A DNA stretch of 29,630 nucleotides, from contig BAAIJX010000057.1 in assembly GCA_054600435.1 (NCBI GenBank), positions 124,001 to 153,630 of the forward strand, in the 5' to 3' direction. Source of the stretch: Neophaeotheca triangularis. Its lineage: Eukaryota. The position numbers and the translations under genes were made by a program. Below, piece after piece: positions 9,576 to 19,200 of the stretch (position 1 is its first letter; the number at the start of each line of letters is the position of its first letter). Under the pieces are notes generated by a model. The model ran no database searches, was not told the origin of the DNA, and worked only from the letters and a program-made list of their open reading frames with translations.

Positions 9576-10983
9576 GTCGTTGTATGGTCTGGTCTGGGTT
9601 GGCGAAGATGGTGAAGATGAGTCGACTCGGTGTGGTTGTTGACGATGGGACTGAGGTGCACGCGACTGTCTCGGGCGTCTGTCTGCTGACTGGCAGCAAG
9701 TGTGGTGACGGATTTGAAATGGGACCTGGCTCTCGAATTGTCACGAAAGGATGAGGTTAGGTTCCGGACCGGTCTCTACGGGTCGAAGTGGGCAAGGAAT
9801 GGAATGTGGTGGGTTTGGCTGAGCTGCTGCACTTGGCGCAGGGAAGTAAATGATAGTGGTAAAGTAGGACGATGACGATGCTGGTGGTGTTGTTAGTGAG
9901 CGTGTAATAACGAGTGGACAAGTGCGCAAGGCTCGGGCGCGTGGTGGTGGTGGAAAAGAGTGACTAGGAGGGGCGTGATGCGTGCGAGAGAGCGCGTGGT
10001 CGTGGAGCGAAGGAGAGTAGATGGTTAGTTTAGTGTGCAGAAGCGCCGTCGCAGAGAAAGACGGAGGAGATTGATTGAAATCTTGCCTAAGCAGGCGCAC
10101 GGACGGGACGGGATACGCCTGCCTGTGCCTGCCTGTGCCTCTACTGTGGGTACATAGCCGTGCCTGCCTCGTTGGGTTCAGTCTGGGGTCGGGCGAGCTG
10201 GATGCCGTCTAGCGTTGCCCTGGGCCCACACTCCCATCCAATCAATCACTGCCTGGCCGCCTTGTTCACCCGACCATGTCACGGTCCGGCGCGTGTGTTG
10301 AGCAGGGGCCGGCCAATCACTCTCCTCCCTACGTCTTCCGTCTCGAACAAATTCGTCGGGAGGCTCGCCGAGGCGTTTCACCCGCAGCCAATTTGCATTC
10401 AAATCTTCTGTACGCGAGGCGGTTTTGTTCGGTGACCACACTACCTTAGTACTACTACTAGGAAGTACGTACGGTACTGACCACGTCTCATCGTTCATGT
10501 CCATCCATCGGGTGGATATCATCACAGCGCATGACGATTGACGTGCAGCCCAAACAAGACCGATCGAGGTTCGCAGATGTCGCGATTCATCGTTCCTTTC
10601 GCTATTCTCTAAGCAATCCATCATGTGTAGAAGCGTGACCATATCATGCAAAGCGAGACGCGTGCAAGAGGAGCAAATAGGTTGTCTAGAACAAACCCTA
10701 CTGCAGACTTTTAGACTTGCGCACGCTTGGGGTACTGTAGGTACTGTAGAAGCGGGCGGCTACCAGAGGTATGCTATCAACTCTGGACAAAAGCCACAAT
10801 CTCATCAATGTAACAAATACAACACCATCAGTCTTTGCTTTTCTAGACGGCAATAATCTGTCAGCACACTTCAACGATGAATCAGTAAATGTAGCAAAGC
10901 CAACTCCTCGCTAAATCGGCAATGAATTAAGCAAAGACGGCACCCATGTCACCAAATCCACCCGACAGCTCTCAACCACATCT

Positions 10984-13776
10984 CTACTCATCTGTCAGCA
11001 TCGCCGTGTCGGACTGGGCGAGACTGTCGCTCAACACAGCCCTCAGCTCATGAATCACTTCTGCACCTGGATCTTTGATCTCAAGCAGGGTGCGCAGTCT
11101 CGAAGTCATTTCGTCCAGTTCGGCCGGCTCCAAGGTCTGTGAGAAAGCACCGTAGGCACCAACAGCCGGCTGATTCCAGCTGAGGCTCGTTGTGTTGGTC
11201 TTTTCCCCAGCCAGTGCCTTTTGACCTGCTCCTTGGTCACAAGTGAGTACCAAATTGTGTGTCCGCCGCTTTGCAGGTACATTCTCCAGTGGTAGCCGAG
11301 AAGACTTCCTCCGGCGAAGGTGGGTTGTGTCTCCAGCCTCGGTGGTGCGGCGCCGGCGTGGCCCTGGCGCCTTGTCGCTCGCAGGTAGGTATTCTTCATC
11401 GGCAGCATCGACAACGTTTCCACTTATCTGCCTCAGCGGACGTGAGCCGCCGCTTTTGCGTCGCCTCGATAGCAGCTCTGGGTTGTTGTCCGGCCGAGCT
11501 TGAGCTTGAGCTTGCAGTTCTGCCACTTCGCTCGCAGGCACGAAACCTCTACCGGCCATTACACCGCTTGGTGATGTGCTCGCCCCCTCGTCAAGGACCG
11601 TGACATCTTCGGATGCCAGGCGTCGCGCAGACTGCCTTCGCTTGGAAGCAGGGTGTCTCCTGTTCTCAGTAGGATCGCTTTCAAGGCCATCATTTGCGGA
11701 CTCGGTAGACCCAATCCAATCTCGAATGTCTCCATTATGGTCGGGTGATGTCCGCATTTGTGTATCTTCCATTTCACCCTGGCGTACAAGACCATGCGCA
11801 GGTGCACGCACGTTGGTTGGCCTTGAAGGACGCTCGATTCCTTCTAGATGGTCGAACCAAGCTCTCCCCTCGGGAGGCCGCATAGTAGTAGGCGGAACGA
11901 ATGGCTTGTTTACGGAGGCTGGCTGGCCTTTTTTGAGATAGGTACGACGTGGCTGCCGATGAGCCTCCGGAATAGCGCTCAATGAGGTGCCGGGTTCAGG
12001 GTTGCTCGACGAAGGAGCGGTGTTATAGTTGTAAGCAAGTCTTTGCTGAACATTCAAGTTTGCGACAGGAGTTTGGATCCGAGGGACTTCCACCTCGTAA
12101 GGCGTAGCCGGTAGAGGTAGCGCAGCTTCACCTATGAGGCGGCCGTCCTGTGCGTGTTGATGCCCCGGGACGTGGTTTGATGGATGAAAAGTGCCCTGCG
12201 GTAAGGGCGGCGATGATGGTCGGGGCGTGGGCAACATTCCAGGCTCGTCTCCCCGGTCTTGTCGGAGACGTATAGGACTCGAAGGGGGTGCCATTGTATC
12301 CGAGCTGGGTTGCTCAGAGGTATCGTAACGGGGTCCTGGGCGACCAACCGATGCATTCATTCTGGCCATTACCCACGGATTGGACACCGTAATATCCTTC
12401 TTCGCTTGGCGGAGCTCCTCCACATCCGCTGCAGTCCTGTCAATCGCCGGGCGAACCCCCACTGTTTCATCTTCGTCATCGCAGCCGTACATGTTGGACA
12501 GGAACGAACGCTGCTCCTCAGCGGGAGGCTCGTTGTACTCGATCATGGCGGGCACTGTCGGTGCATTGCCGTGTGGAGGTTGAACGGCGCTGACTTTCAC
12601 AGGTGTCGAGAACCTTGATCGGGGCGGGGACTCAAGGGACGGCTGTTGCAAGTGGTAAAGCGCTTCTGTGGTAGCTTGCGCAGCATCTTGTATGGTGCTT
12701 TTAGCCTCACGGCTCCGGCGCTCTTCAACATCCGTAAATGCTTCAGCAAAGAGCCTCCGTGCACATTCGACGACTATGTCTGGATCTTCAAACAAAACAT
12801 CATCTTTTGCAGGTTCGACATTGGCGTCATAACTTTCAGCCGGGCAGCTGACCTCCAGATAGATGAAAGGGTCTTTCACCCCGTCGAACCGATTGTTGGC
12901 CCCCTTGAGGGCCTCCCTGAAGATCTTGACCAATTGCTTTGCCATATTGCGGGAAGTTGAAACTGGCCTACCATCGATGGAAATGAAAGAACCCACATTG
13001 CTGACTTTGACAGGGTCCGCATCTGTCCGAGGGAGATAGGCGTGCATTGTGAAGCCTTCATGCGAGGTAACAATCCAGTCGCATTGAGAAATGCAAGAAG
13101 AACCTAGCACTTTGAGAGCTGCGCTTTGCGCCTGATTGGCACCCGACTGTGGTGCGTATGTGAAATTGCCTTTGTCGTTCTTCGCCTTCAAGACTCGAAG
13201 GGACAGTCGAGTTTGTGGCCTCGCTAAAGCGTACGCTTGCATGGTCTGTTTGATCTTTTTCAAGCATTTCTCTGCATTCTTCAGAATGTTTTGCCGACGG
13301 ACAGGATTCACTTTGATGAAGTCGCCAAGCTTGACGGTGGTACCGACAGGAAAAGATGCGCGGTCATGGCTCAGGACTTCGCCTTGCTGGCTGATTTTCA
13401 AAGATGTCGCAACCGGCTCGCCCTCTACTCGGGTACTGATGGTTAAAGTTCCGCACACTTCAGCTGCACTTGCCAACGCCTCGCCGCGAAAGCCCAAGCT
13501 CGAGCCGCCAATAGACAAGAGATCGGCCTCTCCGCTGATCTTGCTCGTGCAGTATCGTCTTGCCACCATGCTGCGGTCCTCGGGGGCGATGCCATGGCCA
13601 TTGTCGCGGACTTGAATCACATCGACGGTATTGTTGCTAATCTCCACGGCGATCGACGTAGCGTGTGCGTCCAGTGCATTATCGATGAGCTCCTTGACTG
13701 CGGCAGCTGGGTCCGTAAGAACTTGCGAGGCGCCGATTGCTCGGACGGCTTTCTGAGGCAAGGCTTGGATACCCAT
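10984..13776 (-). CDS. MutL-family DNA mismatch-repair protein (MLH2/PMS1-like), 930 aa
   Basis: GHKL ATPase motifs (KELIDNALDA, DNGHGI, TSKI, SLGFRGEALAS, GTTV) and transducer domain (YDANVEPAKDDVLF), followed by a long low-complexity tail. Confidence 0.92.
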   Translation of the reverse strand: MGIQALPQKAVRAIGASQVLTDPAAAVKELIDNALDAHATSIAVEISNNTVDVIQVRDNGHGIAPEDRSMVARRYCTSKISGEADLLSIGGSSLGFRGEALASAAEVCGTLTISTRVEGEPVATSLKISQQGEVLSHDRASFPVGTTVKLGDFIKVNPVRRQNILKNAEKCLKKIKQTMQAYALARPQTRLSLRVLKAKNDKGNFTYAPQSGANQAQSAALKVLGSSCISQCDWIVTSHEGFTMHAYLPRTDADPVKVSNVGSFISIDGRPVSTSRNMAKQLVKIFREALKGANNRFDGVKDPFIYLEVSCPAESYDANVEPAKDDVLFEDPDIVVECARRLFAEAFTDVEERRSREAKSTIQDAAQATTEALYHLQQPSLESPPRSRFSTPVKVSAVQPPHGNAPTVPAMIEYNEPPAEEQRSFLSNMYGCDDEDETVGVRPAIDRTAADVEELRQAKKDITVSNPWVMARMNASVGRPGPRYDTSEQPSSDTMAPPSSPIRLRQDRGDEPGMLPTPRPSSPPLPQGTFHPSNHVPGHQHAQDGRLIGEAALPLPATPYEVEVPRIQTPVANLNVQQRLAYNYNTAPSSSNPEPGTSLSAIPEAHRQPRRTYLKKGQPASVNKPFVPPTTMRPPEGRAWFDHLEGIERPSRPTNVRAPAHGLVRQGEMEDTQMRTSPDHNGDIRDWIGSTESANDGLESDPTENRRHPASKRRQSARRLASEDVTVLDEGASTSPSGVMAGRGFVPASEVAELQAQAQARPDNNPELLSRRRKSGGSRPLRQISGNVVDAADEEYLPASDKAPGPRRRRTTEAGDTTHLRRRKSSRLPLENVPAKRRTHNLVLTCDQGAGQKALAGEKTNTTSLSWNQPAVGAYGAFSQTLEPAELDEMTSRLRTLLEIKDPGAEVIHELRAVLSDSLAQSDTAMLTDE

Positions 13777-14133
13777 GATGAAAGCTCTCAGCGCTGATAT
13801 TTCATGCCTGCCGTTCTGCGCGATGGCAAATCTATTAGATGTACATGTCGTGGTGAATATTAAGAGATGAGGTCTACATTTAGTCTTGGCAGTATGGTAT
13901 CAAGTTCAAAAGACGCGTCCAGGTTGACGCGATTTGGGAAAGGACCGACCGAGGTCGGCCTATGACGTAGCCACCAGCGACCATCCACCTCAATCGCCCA
14001 ACCCGACTTCAATGCTCGAGAGGATGCCCTGCATTTTGAGCGCCAGCACAACACCTCACGCTACACCAATCAAAGCAAAAAAGACACAAGCGCAAAGAAT
14101 AGCGAACGGACCACCCAATCTCCCAGAATCATC

Positions 14134-15057
14134 ATGACACTGAACCCAAGATTCGCCGGCCAAAAGATGGGAGGGCCCCCAACCGTCCACACCCTCGAGC
14201 TCTGTAGGCATCTCTCTAGTCACTACGCCTCAACATGCGCGTGAGAACAGCTATGAAAACTAACTCCCACACAGTCCTCGACTACGTTTGCCCGGTACAA
14301 AGCCCCCTAACCCTCCCCCGAAACCAAAAGAGAGAGAGAAACCCCCCCGCCCCCCCTAGGGCAAACCAAAACTAACTAAACCCCAACCAACCGCCCACAG
14401 TTCTCCCAAAAAATGTTCACCACAGTCCACGACTCCACCCTCCCGCTAATCCAAACCAAATACGCCAACAAAGTGCAAATAATCCTCCGCCAGCAAATCC
14501 AGCCCTGGCACCCCTCCTCGACGCTCACGCACGAAGCCGGCGCGGCCGTGCTCAAAACCCAGCCGGACAAGTTCTGGCAATTCAGCCGGGCGCTCTTCGC
14601 GAAGCAGACGGAGTTTTTCGACGCCAGTGTCGTGCGTGAGGCGCGCAATGAGACGTACCGGAGGCTTGCGCGCGTCGCCGCCAGTGTCGGTGTCGATGGC
14701 GAGAGGGTGTATGCGCTGTTGGAGGTTTCGGAGCGGCCGGCTCCGGACGGCGGGTTGAATGTTGGCAATGCCGTTACGGACGATGTCAAGTTGATGGTCA
14801 AGGTCGGATTTTTTCCGCGCGTCTTGAGATTTTTGTGTGTGCGTGTTTGGGGCTGACGACTTGTTGCAGGCGAATCGTTTGACGGGCGTACACGTGACGC
14901 CGACGGTCTTGTTTAATGCATGTTGCGATCCCGTGCCCTGGCATATCGGCTTGTTTGATGTGAGCTGACGTTTGGACAGGGCGTGGTGGAGAACGGCATC
15001 TCCAGCAGCTTTTCCGGGGAAGATTGGGCGCAGTGGTTGGAAAAGAACGTCGCTTGA
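14134..15057 (+). CDS. DsbA-like thioredoxin-fold protein, about 205 aa; exons 14134-14203, 14275-14294, 14401-14802, 14870-14917, 14980-15057
   Basis: Spliced product reads TLELFLDYVCPFS...RQQIQPWHP...GVHVTPTVLFNG (CxxS motif and cis-Pro TP loop). Four introns with CTAAC/CTGAC branch sites; the last has a GC donor. Total 618 nt in frame. Confidence 0.87.
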
Positions 15058-15524
15058 CTCGAGCTGGAAGAGGCAACTTTCCGGTCATCTTTATGAATTA
15101 CGAGTGGGTGTTGCTTGACTCGACGTGGAGGGGACAACTTGGATTCCATACAGCCAAGTCGTCTATAGTGGAATGGCAGACCGTTTTGTTTTCGACAAAC
15201 CCCGTCTTAAGGAATCGTACCCCGTTGGCTCGGGAGATCTTGGGACAAAGCTTTTGAAAATTTACCTTGCGAAATTGACACTATACCGCATCATTCCTGG
15301 ACTACGTTACATTCGACTTCAAGCGGACGAAGCACCCTGACTGACTTGCTCCCGGACTCAAGAACAGCCCAGGCGCCAAAAAGGCATTACGAGCGGGAAA
15401 GTGATCGCGCACGATATCCGGACAAGTACCAGCAAACGAGCACCGATGTGAAAAGCGACCAAATTGTACAACGCAGCGAGCAGAGCAAATAATATATTCC
15501 ATTGCCTGCAAATTTCACCATCAG

Positions 15525-15753
15525 AACCGCCGCGGCCAATGGCTCAGTGGTTGTGTGTCTCCCCCTCCCCCCAAACCTGGGACTCGAGTTCGAGTCTTGG
15601 GGTAAACCGGCCTTCTTGAATTTAAAAAATTCATAAAAAATGGAAGGTGCCCGCCATTGATGTTCGCTAGGTGGGCTAAGCGTGTTTACTGACTCTTCGC
15701 TCCCATATTCTAGGGCATAGATACGGGTGAAGAGGTCAAGTTTTGCTATTTTT
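15525..15753 (+). ncRNA. Candidate Pol III-transcribed structured ncRNA or tRNA-derived SINE; boundaries approximate
   Basis: A box TGGCTCAGTGG (15540-15550), B box AGTTCGAGTCT (15587-15597), upstream TATA-like element (15490-15498), at least five helices, and T4/T5 runs at 15741-15753. Confidence 0.55.
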
Positions 15754-16274
15754 GCTGGTGCCAGACTTACTTTTTTCTAGTCTTAGGCTGAATGAGAATG
15801 AGGGATTTCGGATTACTTGATAGAAGAGACTGAGGTAGAGTTGAGAAAAGGCTACAAACTCGGTTGACTTCGACAGAAAACAAATTACATTAACATCCTC
15901 GATGAAAGCCGAGGTGGTTGATGATGAACGCCGAAACGCTTCGCTAAAACTTTCAAAATGAATGCCTCATGCCTCCGATGTATCTCTTCTATCTCTTCCC
16001 ATCTCCCCTTGCTAAAACTCCATGGATGCCGGCTCTACCGTCGTGCTGTCTTTGATTCAACGTGCCGTGTCTCGCGGCGACAAGTTTGCATACCTGCCAA
16101 CTTGGTGGCTTTCGAAGCTTTTCGAGTGCTTCGCGCCTGCTGCAGCTGCAGTAGTGACCCAGCCCAGCGCGTACGGGACGCAAGAGAGTCGCCCACGCAA
16201 GGGCAAGGTAGCCCGACGACGACTAGCACTCCATCCGTGGCAGAATATAATACCCACAAAACAACACCTCCTCT

Positions 16275-19200
16275 TCAAGGCATAGTCCTATTATGCGCCG
16301 ACCGCTGGACATCAGGCGCCAAACCACCCCCACTGGTGGAAGAAGGCGCAGGAGGCGTCCTGGCCCTCGCCGGCTCGGAACTCAAACTACTGACCGAGCG
16401 GTCCATGCTCGGCGGCCGCAGACTCTCGCCATCGCCATCTCTGCGATCAATAGGCGACCATCCGGCGACACTGCCGGCGACAACGCCCGCCATGGCGATG
16501 CCCGCGAGAGCCGAGTTGCTGCGTGAGCGGCTGCGGTGTTTGGAAGACGGTGTTGGGGGTGCGCTGAGGTGTTCGGCGTGTTCCTGATCGGGGGTCTTGG
16601 GGGGAGTGCTCTGGGATAGACGGCTGCGGCTCGGGCTGCGGGAGTAGATGAGAGCTTGGCGGGGGTGCTGGAGGGTGAATTTGAGGTTGTTGAGGCGGCC
16701 ACCCTTGTACTTCTTGATGAAGGCGAGTTCGCGCTTGATTTCGTAGAGACCCTCTTCCTGGAATGCGAAGCTGTTTTCCTCGTCGGCGTTCTTCTTGCGG
16801 GTGAATCGGGCGAAGAAGCGCTTGACTGGCGAGGGAACGAGACTGCAGAGGAAGGCCCAGAAACGTCGGACGATTTCATCTGGGACCAGACGTACGACCA
16901 CGCCGACTAGGAGAGATACAGCACCGCATACTATCGCAATAGCCCATTGATCTTTGTTCTGGTGCGTTATGCGAAAAGCGGCTCCGCCCACAAAGATGAT
17001 GAGGACCTGGCCACCGATCATGACGCAGAGGATACCGACGAAGAACAAGTTCCGGTGAATCCCTTCGAAGATATTGAAGTTGTTGTCCAGACGTCTGTTG
17101 TTGAAGGCGTTAAAGATTTGCATCCACGTAAAGGTATTGAACACCAGGGTCTGAATGTGCTCTTCGTCGAAATGGAACATCGTGGTGCCTGCGTAGTAGA
17201 GGATGAAGGTGATGATGAGCTGGTAGATAGCCTGACCAATGATCATCTTCCACATCCTTAGCGAGATCAAAGGCGCAGATTTAGGATCGGGCTTGCGGTT
17301 GAGGATCTTGCGAGTGGGGGGATCGGTCGCGAGCGCGAGTGCTGCCATTGTGTCCATGATCAAGTTGATCCATAGAAGCTGCACTGCGGTAAGCACAGAT
17401 TCCTCCTCTGCACTGCTTACGGCCGAGACGAACGCCAGCAGCACTGCAGTGATGTTGACAGTAAGCTGAAACTGCAAGAATTTCCTCACAGCGTCGTTCG
17501 TAGAGCGACCCCATTTGGTGGCGTCGATGATGGCCGCAAAGTTGTCGTTCATGAGAACAATATCCGAAGCCTCTTTCGCGACTTCAGTACCTGCGATGTT
17601 CATGGCGAAACCAACGTCAGCAGTTTTGAGGGCCGGTGCGTCGTTGGTGCCATCGCCAGTGACGGCGACGGTCTCGCCCATGTCCTTGAGTAACTTGACG
17701 AGAATTCGTTTGTCCTCTGGTGACGAGCGCGAGAGAACCTGAAGAGTTGGCAGTAGTTCCCTTTGTTGCTGCTCTGACAAGGTACGGAAGAGCGGGCCTT
17801 CCATAGCGATACCGTCGCCGTGAAGAATGCCACATTCGCGAGCAATGGCTTTTGCGGTCATGATATTGTCACCTGTAACCATACGCACAAAGATGCCGGC
17901 CATCTTGGCGTCCTCGACTGCCTCGATGACACCTTCACGAAGAGGGTCTTGAATGCCGACCAAGCCGAGCCAAGTCATCTCCTTGAGCACGTCTCCGAAT
18001 ACAGCCATTGTAGGGTCGTCCTCTTGTCGTCGGACATCCTTCGGTGGCCATGATGCAAAATCGCGATAGACGAAGCCAATGGTTCTCAGCGAATCGGTGG
18101 CATAAGACTCGATCGTTGACTCAATCACCTCGCGAGTCTGGGATGTCATAGCCATTGTTCCAATGCCTGCAGTCGGATCCTGGATTATGTTGGAGCAGTG
18201 GCCTAGCATGATTTCGGAAGCACCCTTAACCATAAGCCTGTACCCGCTTCCATCCTTGAGCTTCACGACCATGGCCATGCATTTTCTCGACGAGTCGAAT
18301 GGTACAATCTGGACAATACTAGCATTGCTGCGTTCAATCTGAACCGATTCCATGCCGAGATAGGTTCTAGCGAAATCCAAGAGAGCAGTCTCGGTTTTGG
18401 AGCCGACGTACTGACCTTCGTCATTTTCAAAAGCAGTGGAATTGATGACAATGCTTTCTCGCCAAATGTTGCTAACCCTCTCGTGAAGCTGCTGGACGAA
18501 TTTCTGGGCCGTTGTCGTTCCCAAGTGGCCAGGCTTGGTGGTGTTGGTCTCTGCGCCTTCAGTGTCCAACTTGGTACGGTTGTTGAACTTATTGGACACC
18601 CCGAGGGAGCCAGTAACAACAGTCATGACGTTTTGAGTGAGAGTTCCAGTCTTGTCGGTACAGACGTTGGTCGCGTTACCCATGGTCTCGCACGATCTGA
18701 GAACTCTCACCAGGTTGCCCTCCTTGAGCATTCGCCTCGTTGCGAACGCCAGAGCCAAGGTAACTGCGAGCGGAAGGCCTTCTGGAACAGCCACGACGAC
18801 AATGGTAACAGCCACAATCAGAATATCCATGAAGCGTCTGCCCTTTTGCGCCGGTGGCTCATCGTTATTGGGCAAGTCGGCGAGGAATTTGATGAGCAAG
18901 ACCACAAATAACAGGAGAGCAGCACTACTACCCAGCTTGGCGATCTGGTCTGCCAGCTTGTTGAGCTTTTTCTGAAGAGGTGTCGGGTCGTTCTCCTCAC
19001 GCAAAGCCATCATAGTCTTGCCGTAAAGCGAGTTGACACCGGTTCCCGTAACAAGCATCCGACCGACGCCTTCAGTGACCTTGGCTCCGGAGATGATGAA
19101 AGGATCCAGCTTCCTAAGGTTTTCGTTGGCTTCCATGGCGCGGTAGACCTCGTAGCCGTTGGATTTCCTAACCAAATCGGACTCGCCAGTAGCCGATGAC

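Noticed and set aside
14303..14314. Telomere-like CCCTAACCCT
   Set aside because: Fewer than two units within a C/A-rich intron; expected by chance.
15533..15610. Functional tRNA or SRP RNA
   Set aside because: No acceptor-stem pairing or anticodon arm, and no UGUAA Alu motif or SRP helix-8 signature seen.
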